The translations under genes were made by a program, and so were the position numbers. From Eggerthellaceae bacterium (GTDB lineage Bacteria; Bacillota; Clostridia; Oscillospirales; Butyricicoccaceae), in contig CAVAJF010000014.1 in NCBI GenBank assembly GCA_963588905.1, forward strand, positions 11,566 to 35,565: 24,000 nucleotides of DNA, given 5' to 3'. Positions 1 through 7,398 of the stretch are shown in pieces. The notes beneath the pieces were generated by a model. It was not told where the DNA came from, did no database searches, and saw only the letters and a program-made list of their open reading frames with translations. The stretch's first letter is position 1; each line of letters begins with the position of its first letter.

Positions 1-499
1 GTTTTTTATATCTGCCACTCTTTTCGGCTTTTTTTTGAATTTTTTTTACAAATGGATAGGAAAAAAATTTGCCGAATTTTTACACGAAAGAATTATATGA
101 TGCTAATAACCGACAACATCGGCTAATTTTCTCCAGATTTTCAGTTGCAAATATACAACTTTTTTCTCATATAAACGCTCAAAAATTCGTCATCTGCAAC
201 CAAAATGCAACATTTTCTCACTATACTCCGCAAAGATGCTTGAATATATACAACAGTTTCCGCAAATTTGATGAATAATTTCATCTCGCTTCCTGCATTT
301 TCTAAATTTACACAAGGAATATTTTCCCGCTGTTTTCTCCTATTCAACAGCTCAAATTGCCCATATTGCCGGACAATTGCCGCATTTTTCGCTTTTTTTC
401 TTTGCACCCGGTTAACCGGATGCATCTCTCACTCCGCCGGAAGGCATAGCCCGTTCGGACGTGAATGCTCCAATCGGACAATTTCGCGTCGATTTCTGC

Positions 500-529
500 A
501 AAAAAGACCCGCAGATTTCTCCGCAGGTC
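500..529 (-). terminator. Rho-independent terminator closing the JAB operon
   Basis: On the minus strand GACCTGCGG-AGAAAT-CTGCGGGTC forms a 9-bp stem (2 G-U pairs) followed by TTTTTT. It starts 12 nt after the stop of the 59-aa ORF. Confidence 0.6.
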
Positions 530-541
530 TCCGATATATGT

Positions 542-721
542 TCATCCCTTGTAGTGAAAACATCCATTGCGGTCGCTCGGTCTGTTGTAACCGCCATACG
601 GACCATCACAATGCACCCGTCCATAGTCGTCTTTATCGCGCCAGTTTGCATAAATGCAGTCGCTGCAATTGCCTCGAAAACATCCCTTTGGAATCATAAT
701 TTTCTTCGGACATTCTTTCAT
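542..721 (-). CDS. 59-aa Cys-rich miniprotein (MKECPKKIMIPKGCFRGNCSDCIYANWRDKDDYGRVHCDGPYGGYNRPSDRNGCFHYKG), function unknown
   Basis: Hand-translated; too short for the ORF track. ATG at 721 is preceded by AAGGAGG with 8-nt spacing, 21 nt after the JAB stop. It has 6 Cys and 2 His (including CxxC) and is followed by a terminator. Confidence 0.6.
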   Translation of the reverse strand: MKECPKKIMIPKGCFRGNCSDCIYANWRDKDDYGRVHCDGPYGGYNRPSDRNGCFHYKG

Positions 722-742
722 TTTGAACAGCCTCCTTGTCGT

Positions 743-1183
743 TTATATGGTAACGAGAGAAATCTCGTCACATGCAATACTAATCTGTTCCTGCTTTCGT
801 GTCGCTATGTAAGAAACAATCTGCTTTTCAGGAAGCAGGATAACCGGAAAGTATAGCTGTGTGATTTCTTCCGGCATCGCCCGCATAATAACTTGAATAT
901 ACGATTGATCGGACAACGAAAGCGTTTTGGATGCTCCAAAATGTGTGTGGAACATGCCGTAAAATTCAATTCCTTGTTCGCTCCATCGTGCAATGCAAGC
1001 ATTCAATGCATCTACATCCGGTCGGTATTCACAATAGCTTTCCGGCTCTAATCCCTTGTCCAAATAGAACTGTGTGATAACCCCATCCGTTCCACCTAAA
1101 ATTCCACCAAATTCGTACTTGGTTTTAGGAAAAGCAGAAAAGAGCGGTTGTATCATAGATTGCTGCAGTCTCATCTTAGTCAA
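743..1183 (-). CDS. Stand-alone JAMM/MPN (JAB) family metalloprotease
   Basis: Complete JAMM signature: E24 in YEFGGILGG, then H79-T-H81-x7-S89-x2-D92 (HTHFGASKTLSLSD, nt 949-908). The TTG at 1183 overlaps the upstream stop by 4 nt; an alternative ATG lies at 1174. Confidence 0.8.
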   Translation of the reverse strand: MTKMRLQQSMIQPLFSAFPKTKYEFGGILGGTDGVITQFYLDKGLEPESYCEYRPDVDALNACIARWSEQGIEFYGMFHTHFGASKTLSLSDQSYIQVIMRAMPEEITQLYFPVILLPEKQIVSYIATRKQEQISIACDEISLVTI

Positions 1184-1392
1184 GCCATGCGCAGTATAAA
1201 CTTTACGACTGCACGCATGAGATAATATATGCCAAAAATAACCCCCAGCACATATCCCACAACGGCTTTGAGAATCTTATACTGAATGCCCTTCCGCTCC
1301 AAAATGGCGAACTGCTTCGCATTCACATAATTCCATCCCACATATACTGCCCATACGAAATAGGCAACCAAAAGTGCACCAATAACTGCCAT
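1180..1392 (-). CDS. 70-aa two-TM membrane miniprotein
   Basis: Two hydrophobic helices. The GGAG/GGGGAG RBS is embedded in the end of the upstream gene, and the ATG lies 3 nt after that gene's stop. Confidence 0.6.
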   Translation of the reverse strand: MAVIGALLVAYFVWAVYVGWNYVNAKQFAILERKGIQYKILKAVVGYVLGVIFGIYYLMRAVVKFILRMA

Positions 1393-1395
1393 GTT

Positions 1396-1782
1396 TTACT
1401 CCCCGTCTCCATTGTTTTGTTTTTGGCTGATACGTCCACTTATTTGCTGCTGTACTTTAGCCTCCAACTTTGCAAACATACAATCTTCTTCTGTCGTTGG
1501 AAACTTTACTTTAAGGTACTCTGGTATACCCTTACATCGATTAAACTTCGCATCATATAAAGAACAGCCTTTGCAGTTAAACGGAAAATATTTTTTCGGA
1601 TGTATTTTCTCTCGTATTATGCCCACAAGAAGTACAAGCAGCATAAACGCTCCTTTTATCAAAGCAATAGCTGCAAAAATAATGAAAGCAATGATTCCAA
1701 CAGCGACAATCCCTGGTAAAGCTACTTCAACTAAAAAATGAAGCGGCAACTCGATAAACAAGAATTTCAAGAAAGCTTCCAA
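1396..1782 (-). CDS. 128-aa membrane protein with C-terminal CxxC-x9-C-x17-C tail
   Basis: N-terminal hydrophobic segments (ALPGIVAVGIIAFIIFAAIALI, GAFMLLVLLVGII) are followed by a soluble 4-Cys tail. TTG start has an AAGGGGGA RBS. First gene after the promoter. Confidence 0.6.
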   Translation of the reverse strand: MEAFLKFLFIELPLHFLVEVALPGIVAVGIIAFIIFAAIALIKGAFMLLVLLVGIIREKIHPKKYFPFNCKGCSLYDAKFNRCKGIPEYLKVKFPTTEEDCMFAKLEAKVQQQISGRISQKQNNGDGE

Positions 1783-1806
1783 TTGCTATTCCCCCTTTGT
1801 TTTTCC

Positions 1807-1835
1807 ATCATAGCACGTCACCCGCTTTATGTCAA
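1807..1835 (-). promoter_or_regulatory. Sigma-70-type promoter of the JAB operon
   Basis: Minus strand reads TTGACA (1835-1830), 17-nt spacer, TATGAT (1812-1807), about 25 nt upstream of the first gene. Confidence 0.6.
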
Positions 1836-1916
1836 CTATTTTAATACTAAAATCAACCATATTCGTTTTTTAATTTCGTATGATGACGTAAACTACAAGT
1901 GGAATGAGGTGTTAAT

Positions 1917-2240
1917 ATAGTAGAATTTGGAAAGCAGCTCAAACAGCTGCGGCGGCAAGCGCGGCTGACCCAAACGCAGCTGGCGGCACAATTGGGCGTG
2001 AGCAAATCCGTTGTTTCCTATTATGAGTTGCAAGAGAGATACCCTTCTCCGGAAATCCTTATGAAAATCGCTTCGATTTTTCATGTAAGCACGGATTATT
2101 TGCTCGGAATTGAAAAAACGTCCGGTATTGATACAACCGGACTGACTTCAGACGATATACAATTGGTACACGCTCTGATAGAGACCCTGCGAAAGAAGAA
2201 TGCGGAACTGCTAAAAAATAGAACGGAAGAAAGAGGTTAA
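1917..2240 (+). CDS. XRE-family HTH transcriptional regulator (no canonical start codon; possible ATA start or start-loss pseudogene)
   Basis: The HTH_3-like sequence EFGKQLKQLRRQARLTQTQLAAQLGVSKSVVSYYELQERYPSPEILMKIASIFHVSTDYLLG begins at 1923. The first ATG/GTG/TTG is the TTG at 1992, inside the HTH. GAGGTG (1906-1911) sits 5 nt before the ATA at 1917. Confidence 0.65.
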   Translation: MVEFGKQLKQLRRQARLTQTQLAAQLGVSKSVVSYYELQERYPSPEILMKIASIFHVSTDYLLGIEKTSGIDTTGLTSDDIQLVHALIETLRKKNAELLKNRTEERG

Positions 2241-2253
2241 GGAAAAGACGAGA

Positions 2254-2296
2254 CAAAAAAAATCCCCGCGGAAATTCCGCGGGGATTTGCTTTGCG
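2254..2296. terminator. Bidirectional rho-independent terminator (rplL / XRE gene)
   Basis: Perfect palindrome AATCCCCGCGG-aaatt-CCGCGGGGATT, flanked by an A-run on the left and a T-rich run on the right. Confidence 0.8.
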
Positions 2297-2316
2297 TTGA
2301 GATGTAAAGTAAAAAC

Positions 2317-2685
2317 TTACTTCAGCTCTACAGAAGCGCCAGCCTCTTCCAGCTGCTTCTTGATCTCTTCTGCGTCTTCCTTAGAAGCGCCTTCCTTCAG
2401 GGTAGACGGCAGCTCGTCAACCTTAGCCTTAGCTTCCTTCAGGCCCAGGCCGGTAACGGCACGTACAACCTTGATTACGTTGATCTTCTTGTCGCCAGCA
2501 GCGGTCAGAACAACGTCGAACTCAGTCTTCTCAGCAGCAGCAGCCTCGCCAGCGCCTGCAGCAGCACCTGCTACAGCAACCGGAGTAGCGGATACGCCGA
2601 ACTCTTCTTCCAGAGCCTTAACCAGCTCAGCCAGTTCCAGAACCTTCAGTTCCTTGACAGCATCAATAATTTCATTGACAGTCAT
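2317..2685 (-). CDS. rplL: 50S ribosomal protein L7/L12
   Basis: [33 protein letters not shown]...[41 protein letters not shown]. The ATG at 2685 lies 8 nt after GGAGG; the longer ORF start at 2700 is the RBS itself. Confidence 0.95.
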   Translation of the reverse strand: MTVNEIIDAVKELKVLELAELVKALEEEFGVSATPVAVAGAAAGAGEAAAAEKTEFDVVLTAAGDKKINVIKVVRAVTGLGLKEAKAKVDELPSTLKEGASKEDAEEIKKQLEEAGASVELK

Positions 2686-2758
2686 GGTAGTAACCTCCAT
2701 AATTTCAAAAGTTAAATGTGTGGATGGGGAATTTCTTCCCTGTTTTTAGCAGCAAAGC

Positions 2759-3325
2759 TTATTCAGCTGCTGCTTCTTCTTCAGCCGGAGCCTCAGCAGC
2801 AACCAGAGTGGAAACCAGAGCTTCCTGATCTGCCTCGCCCTTCTCAGCAATTGCGTTAAGCGCAATAGCCAGCTGCATAATCGGGTAGTTGAAGCTGTAG
2901 AGGGTCTGTGCGATGAGCACTTCCTTGCTCGGCAGCTTAGCCAGCTCTTCGATCTTGGATACCGGTACAACAGCACCATCGAGGAAACCGGTCTTAATGT
3001 TGAAGTTCTCATGATCCTTAGCGAACTTAGCGAGGATCTTTGCCGGAGCTACAACGTCTTCGGATGCAATTGCGATAGCAGTGGTGCCATGCAGATGCTC
3101 GAACATACCGTCGAAGCCAACTTCCTGAGCGGCAAACTTCAGCATGGTGTTCTTGACAACAGCGTACTCAACGCCGTTCTCGCGCAGCTCCTTACGGAGA
3201 GCGGTATCGTCAGCTACGTTGATACCCTTATAATCAACAACAACACCAGCCGGGGAATTCTTGATCTTTTCAACCAGAGAAGCAACCTGTGCCTTCTTCT
3301 GTTCCAGAACCTTTGCGTTTGGCAT
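2759..3325 (-). CDS. rplJ: 50S ribosomal protein L10
   Basis: L10-like sequence directly upstream of rplL. The ATG at 3325 is preceded by GGAGGTG. The C-terminus has an Ala/Glu-rich tail. Confidence 0.93.
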   Translation of the reverse strand: MPNAKVLEQKKAQVASLVEKIKNSPAGVVVDYKGINVADDTALRKELRENGVEYAVVKNTMLKFAAQEVGFDGMFEHLHGTTAIAIASEDVVAPAKILAKFAKDHENFNIKTGFLDGAVVPVSKIEELAKLPSKEVLIAQTLYSFNYPIMQLAIALNAIAEKGEADQEALVSTLVAAEAPAEEEAAAE

Positions 3326-3492
3326 AGTCTGTTTCACCTCCATAAAAGTGATTGGGACATAGAAAATGCCCTTCTGCTCAAAGACAGAAGGGCATGAAAA
3401 ATCATTTGGAAAATTTCACAAATGCTTGCCTCGGCAGGATGGTAAAAACCGGTTACGATGGATTGTCCATCTCCTGCTGTCTTTGAACGAGC
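3326..3492 (-). promoter_or_regulatory. rplJ (L10) leader with intrinsic terminator/antiterminator
   Basis: Hairpin ATGCCCTTCTG-loop-CAGAAGGGCAT (3366-3395) followed by UUUUCU just before the rplJ RBS. The 5' leader segment UCAAAGACAG (about 3477-3486) is complementary to CUGUCUUUGA inside the terminator. Confidence 0.6.
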
Positions 3493-3498
3493 TATTAT

Positions 3499-3527
3499 AG
3501 TATAACAGCCCGATTCATTCCTGTCAA
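3499..3527 (-). promoter_or_regulatory. rplJL promoter
   Basis: Minus strand reads TTGACA (3527-3522), 17-nt spacer, TATACT (3504-3499). Confidence 0.65.
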
Positions 3528-3561
3528 GGGCTTTTTTGAAAAAAGTTTAAAAATCTTAAAC

Positions 3562-4260
3562 TTAGTTGTTGCCGAGCTTAGCAGCGTTGATCTTGATGCC
3601 AGGGCCCATGGTAGATGCAACTACGCAGGAGCGGATGTACTGGCCCTTTGCTGCTGCCGGACGAGCCTTCAGAACAGCGCCCATCAGGGTGTTGAAGTTC
3701 TCAGCCAGCTTCTCAGCACCGAAGGATGCCTTGCCGATCGGGCAATGGATGATGTTGGTCTTGTCCAGACGGTACTCGATCTTACCAGCCTTAGCCTCGT
3801 TTACAGCCTTCGCAACGTCCATGGTTACGGTGCCAGCCTTCGGGTTCGGCATCAAGCCCTTCGGGCCGAGTACACGACCCAGACGGCCTACCAGACCCAT
3901 CATGTCCGGGCTAGCGATAACTACGTCGTAGTCGAAGAAGTTTTCCTTCTGGATGCGCTGAACCAGATCCTCAGCGCCTACAAATTCTGCGCCAGCGTCG
4001 AGAGCTGCCTGTGCCTTATCGCCCTTAGCGAAAACAAGTACGCGAACATTCTTACCGGTGCCGTTCGGCAGTACGATAGCGCCGCGAACCTGCTGGTCAG
4101 CATGACGGGAGTCAACGCCCAGCTTTACGTGAACTTCGACAGTTTCGTCGAACTTTGCCTTTGCAGTCTTTACGACAGTGTCAAAAGCCTCATCAGTGTC
4201 ATAGAGCTTGCTGCGATCTACGATCTTAGTGCTCTCAATATACTTCTTACCTTTGCGCAC
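3562..4260 (-). CDS. rplA: 50S ribosomal protein L1
   Basis: L1-like 232-aa sequence. GTG start is preceded by AAAGGAGG at 9 nt. Conserved rplK-rplA order. Confidence 0.95.
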   Translation of the reverse strand: MRKGKKYIESTKIVDRSKLYDTDEAFDTVVKTAKAKFDETVEVHVKLGVDSRHADQQVRGAIVLPNGTGKNVRVLVFAKGDKAQAALDAGAEFVGAEDLVQRIQKENFFDYDVVIASPDMMGLVGRLGRVLGPKGLMPNPKAGTVTMDVAKAVNEAKAGKIEYRLDKTNIIHCPIGKASFGAEKLAENFNTLMGAVLKARPAAAKGQYIRSCVVASTMGPGIKINAAKLGNN

Positions 4261-4368
4261 GATAAATTTCCTCCTTTAGTGGTTAATTCGGAACGATTGG
4301 TTCCTCCCACCAGACGGCGCGGGCCGCCGTCAGCAAATGAAAATTAAAATAACTCAGGTCGCGAGAAA

Positions 4369-4794
4369 TTACTCAGCGACAGTGATGCCCATGGAACGGG
4401 CGGTGCCTGCGATCATGCTCATAGCAGCCTCTACAGAAGCAGCATTCAGGTCAGGCATCTTGGTCTCTGCAATCTTGCGGACGTCGTCAATGCTGATCGT
4501 TGCAACCTTGGTCTTGTTCGGAACCGCAGAACCGCTCTGGATGTTGCATGCCTTCTTGATGAGGACAGCAGCCGGAGGGGTCTTGGTGATGAAGGAGAAC
4601 GAACGGTCAGCGTATACCGTGATAACGACCGGGATAATCATACCTGCGTCATTCTTGGTGCGCTCGTTGAATTCCTTGGTGAAAGCCATAATGTTGACAC
4701 CGTGCTGGCCGAGTGCCGGACCTACCGGAGGAGCCGGTGTTGCCTTGCCTGCCGGAATCTGAAGCTTAATAAATCCTACTACTTTCTGTGCCAT
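4369..4794 (-). CDS. rplK: 50S ribosomal protein L11
   Basis: [38 protein letters not shown]... is the canonical L11 N-terminus. Confidence 0.96.
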   Translation of the reverse strand: MAQKVVGFIKLQIPAGKATPAPPVGPALGQHGVNIMAFTKEFNERTKNDAGMIIPVVITVYADRSFSFITKTPPAAVLIKKACNIQSGSAVPNKTKVATISIDDVRKIAETKMPDLNAASVEAAMSMIAGTARSMGITVAE

Positions 4795-4891
4795 TTGTAT
4801 AGCACCTCCTTGAAAAATGTGGTAATGGCGAGTCGCTTGGCAATGTGCTTACGCAATCGCTGCGCTCTCCCACCTGCCAAAAAACGAGGAA

Positions 4892-5431
4892 TTACTCCTC
4901 ATCAACGGCTTTGACCTGATTGAGTTCCAGCTCAACCGGGGTCTCACGTCCGAACACGGGGATGGTAATGCGAACCCTGTTCTGTCCTGCGTCGATTTCG
5001 TCGACAACGCCGACAAAGTCGATAAACGGACCGCCGCAGACGCGTACCGAATCGCCGACCTTGTAACCGATCTGCACCTCTTCCACCTCGCGGGACACTG
5101 CGCCCCACTTGCGCGCTTCCTCGTCAGTCAGAGGCTGCGGCTTGTTGGAATTCGGGCTTACGAAGCCGGTGCAGCCGCGCGTGTTGCGCACGAGGTACCA
5201 GCTCTCGTCGGTCACGATCATCTTTACCAGAACGTAACCCGGGAACAGCTTGCGCTCTACCTCGCGGGTCTTGCCGTCCTTGACTTCGCGGACGGTCTCG
5301 ACCGGAATGGTTACCTCGGTAATCAGGTCATGCATTTTGCGGTTCTCCACCGCTTTCATAATAGATGAGGCTACTTTGTTTTCGTAGCCAGAGTAGGTAT
5401 GAACGACATACCATTTTGGTGTCTCAGACAT
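4892..5431 (-). CDS. nusG: Transcription termination/antitermination factor NusG
   Basis: WYVVHTYSGYENKV NGN domain and a C-terminal KOW domain (GDSVRVCGGPF). secE-nusG-rplK synteny. Confidence 0.95.
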   Translation of the reverse strand: MSETPKWYVVHTYSGYENKVASSIMKAVENRKMHDLITEVTIPVETVREVKDGKTREVERKLFPGYVLVKMIVTDESWYLVRNTRGCTGFVSPNSNKPQPLTDEEARKWGAVSREVEEVQIGYKVGDSVRVCGGPFIDFVGVVDEIDAGQNRVRITIPVFGRETPVELELNQVKAVDEE

Positions 5432-5451
5432 TTGTTTTCAAACCTTTCCGC

Positions 5452-5709
5452 TTACGCAGCCACAGAGATCAGCGTTGTGATTCCGAGATTAAAGATTGCA
5501 TCCAGAATCCAGATAAACACACCGATGACCAGAATGGTAGCTATAACGATGAGCGTATTGTTCGCAGTCTGCTTACGAGTCGGCCACACAATCTTGTTGC
5601 ATTCGCTCTTCAGATCGTGGAACCACTTGCCAATTCTGGAAAAGAAGCCCGGCTTCTTCTCCTTACCGGAGTTCTTCTTCTCAGAAGCGTTCTGGTCTTT
5701 CTTAGCCAT
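5452..5709 (-). CDS. secE: Preprotein translocase subunit SecE
   Basis: Basic N-terminus, ECNKIVWPTRKQ motif, then a single C-terminal TM helix. Located between rpmG and nusG. Confidence 0.9.
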   Translation of the reverse strand: MAKKDQNASEKKNSGKEKKPGFFSRIGKWFHDLKSECNKIVWPTRKQTANNTLIVIATILVIGVFIWILDAIFNLGITTLISVAA

Positions 5710-5732
5710 GAAGCCGTATCCTTTCTCCAGCC

Positions 5733-5882
5733 TTACTTGGTCTCACGATGGAGTGTGTGCTTCCGGCAGAACGGGCAGTACTTCTTCATCTCAAGACGCT
5801 CCGGGTTGTTCTTCTTGTTCTTCATCTTGTCGTAGTTTCTCTGCTTGCAATCGGTGCAAGCCAGGGTTACCTTAACGCGCAT
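5733..5882 (-). CDS. rpmG: 50S ribosomal protein L33 (49 aa, absent from the ORF track)
   Basis: Hand translation: [61 protein letters not shown] upstream. Confidence 0.93.
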   Translation of the reverse strand: MRVKVTLACTDCKQRNYDKMKNKKNNPERLEMKKYCPFCRKHTLHRETK

Positions 5883-5941
5883 AACGGCACCTCCTTAAAT
5901 AATTGCCTCCCTTTGCAGGGTTGCTTCCCAAAAGAGAGCAT

Positions 5942-5987
5942 AAAAAAATACCCTGCATAGGTGTTGTTATTATAACACGCAGGGTAT
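5942..5987 (-). terminator. Intrinsic terminator downstream of the 6080-6439 gene, overlapping the rpmG promoter
   Basis: Minus strand: ATACCCTGC (5987-5979) ... GCAGGGTAT (5956-5948) with an inner GTGTT/AACAC stem, followed by a T7 run. Confidence 0.6.
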
Positions 5988-5997
5988 CTTTCGTCAA
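5969..5997 (-). promoter_or_regulatory. rpmG-secE-nusG promoter
   Basis: Minus strand reads TTGACG (5997-5992), 17-nt spacer, TATAAT (5974-5969). Confidence 0.65.
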
Positions 5998-6079
5998 TGC
6001 CGATTGGATAATTTATTTTTCACAAATTTTCGCAGATGTTTTTGTCACGAACACAGCACTGTGCCGACTTCGTCCGCCT

Positions 6080-6439
6080 TTAGCGGTTGATGATCTGGAA
6101 GAACCAGCTGTACGCGACGAGAACAGCGAAAATGGTGTAGCAGATCATGGTCATCGTGCGGCCTCTCTCCTGGGTGCGCGACGCAAAAATGCCGAGGATA
6201 CTGCCGACAAACGCAATCGGATAGCCGACAAACGCGCCGATCTGTCCGCAGAACTGTCCGACCAGAATGCCGACCAGCATAATGGCAACAGAAATCAGTC
6301 CCATATAGGTATTCTTTCTATTCTTCTTTACTTCCTGTTCTGCCGCTTCAATCTCTGCTTTTGTTGGTGCCTTCGGTGGTGCCTTGCGCTGCGGCGCACG
6401 CTTTTTTCCGTTTTTTCTCTTGGATTTGGATTCTGCCAT
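6080..6439 (-). CDS. Small membrane protein with Lys/Arg-rich N-terminus (paralog 1)
   Basis: AAAGGAG RBS. Basic N-terminal 45 aa followed by hydrophobic helices. Shares GYP[IL]AF[VI]G with the neighbouring gene. Confidence 0.7.
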   Translation of the reverse strand: MAESKSKRKNGKKRAPQRKAPPKAPTKAEIEAAEQEVKKNRKNTYMGLISVAIMLVGILVGQFCGQIGAFVGYPIAFVGSILGIFASRTQERGRTMTMICYTIFAVLVAYSWFFQIINR

Positions 6440-6477
6440 GTGTATATTCTCCTTTATGTTATAATTTCATGTATTCC

Positions 6478-6822
6478 TCACCCATTTCCCATAATGAGGA
6501 GCACAAACTGCATCGCGCACAGCATACAGAACACGCACAGGACAATTTTTGTAATCTTATGGTTGGTCGTGTCCCATTGCGTATTGACCATAGACGCTGC
6601 GGCGCCGATAAATGCCAGCGGATAGCCAATCAGAGAAGTGATGCGATTGTCAATCAGTGCAAGCACAAATCCTACAATCATCACGCCCAGACAGGCAAAT
6701 CGGATTTTTTTCTCTTTATCCCAGTCCCGCATGGTTGGAACCGCGTTTTTTGTCGTCTGTGCCGCATGGGATTTATTGTTCTTCTTGCGTCCTTTTTTTC
6801 GATTGTTTTTGGATTGTGCCAT
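6478..6822 (-). CDS. Small membrane protein with Lys/Arg-rich N-terminus (paralog 2)
   Basis: The start at 6822 (MAQSKNNRKKGRKK) matches the paralog's N-terminus and has an AGAAGGGG RBS. The ORF-track start at 6843 is probably too long. Confidence 0.7.
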   Translation of the reverse strand: MAQSKNNRKKGRKKNNKSHAAQTTKNAVPTMRDWDKEKKIRFACLGVMIVGFVLALIDNRITSLIGYPLAFIGAAASMVNTQWDTTNHKITKIVLCVFCMLCAMQFVLLIMGNG

Positions 6823-6951
6823 ATCATCAACCCCTTCTCTCATTTTTTGCTTGTTCTATTATAACAATCAAACGCAAAAAGTGCAATGTCATTTGCATCG
6901 GAATCCCCCGTATGCTACAATAGATTTATAGAATAAAGGAGTTTACGGAAC

Positions 6952-7377
6952 ATGAAAATTATGGGAATTGATTACGGCGATGCACGCACAGGTGTGTCGA
7001 TTTCTGATCCGACCGGATTTTTGGCAGGTTCTCCACAGGTCATTTCCACTTGGAATACCGAAAAGCTGCTGGAAGAACTGACTGCTCTCGTACAGAAAGA
7101 AAAAATTGAAGAAATCGTTATGGGTCTGCCGAAAAATATGAACGCCACCCAAGGCGAACGTGCAGAAAAGTGTAAGGCGCTCGGCGCAGAGCTGGAATCG
7201 CGCACCGGTGTTCCGGTTGTCTACTGGGATGAACGCCGCACCACCATTGAAGCCCATGCGATTTTGCACGCCTCTGGCAAAAAGCAGAAAAAGCACAAGA
7301 AAAATGTCGATGCAGTCGCGGCATCCCTCATTTTACAGGGCTATCTCGATTTTAAACGAATGCAGAACAACGTCTAA
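6952..7377 (+). CDS. ruvX: Holliday-junction resolvase-like / pre-16S rRNA nuclease YqgF (RuvX)
   Basis: MKIMGIDYGDARTGVSISDPTGFLA... and the 141-aa length are typical of the YqgF family. Confidence 0.9.
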   Translation: MKIMGIDYGDARTGVSISDPTGFLAGSPQVISTWNTEKLLEELTALVQKEKIEEIVMGLPKNMNATQGERAEKCKALGAELESRTGVPVVYWDERRTTIEAHAILHASGKKQKKHKKNVDAVAASLILQGYLDFKRMQNNV

Positions 7378-7398
7378 ATACCGGTTTAGAAAGAAATC

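Noticed and set aside
141-425. 94-aa minus-strand ORF downstream of the JAB operon terminator
   Set aside because: There is no convincing RBS or promoter. It lies in AT-rich, homopolymer-rich sequence and has no recognisable motif. A real gene cannot be excluded, but I cannot support one.
4261-4891. Structured intergenic regions upstream of rplA (4261-4368) and rplK (4795-4891) as possible L1-binding autoregulatory leaders
   Set aside because: Small GC-rich hairpins are visible (for example GACGGCG...CGCCGTC and GGAAC...GTTCC). I cannot match them to a defined L1-binding motif by eye, so a covariance-model scan would be needed.
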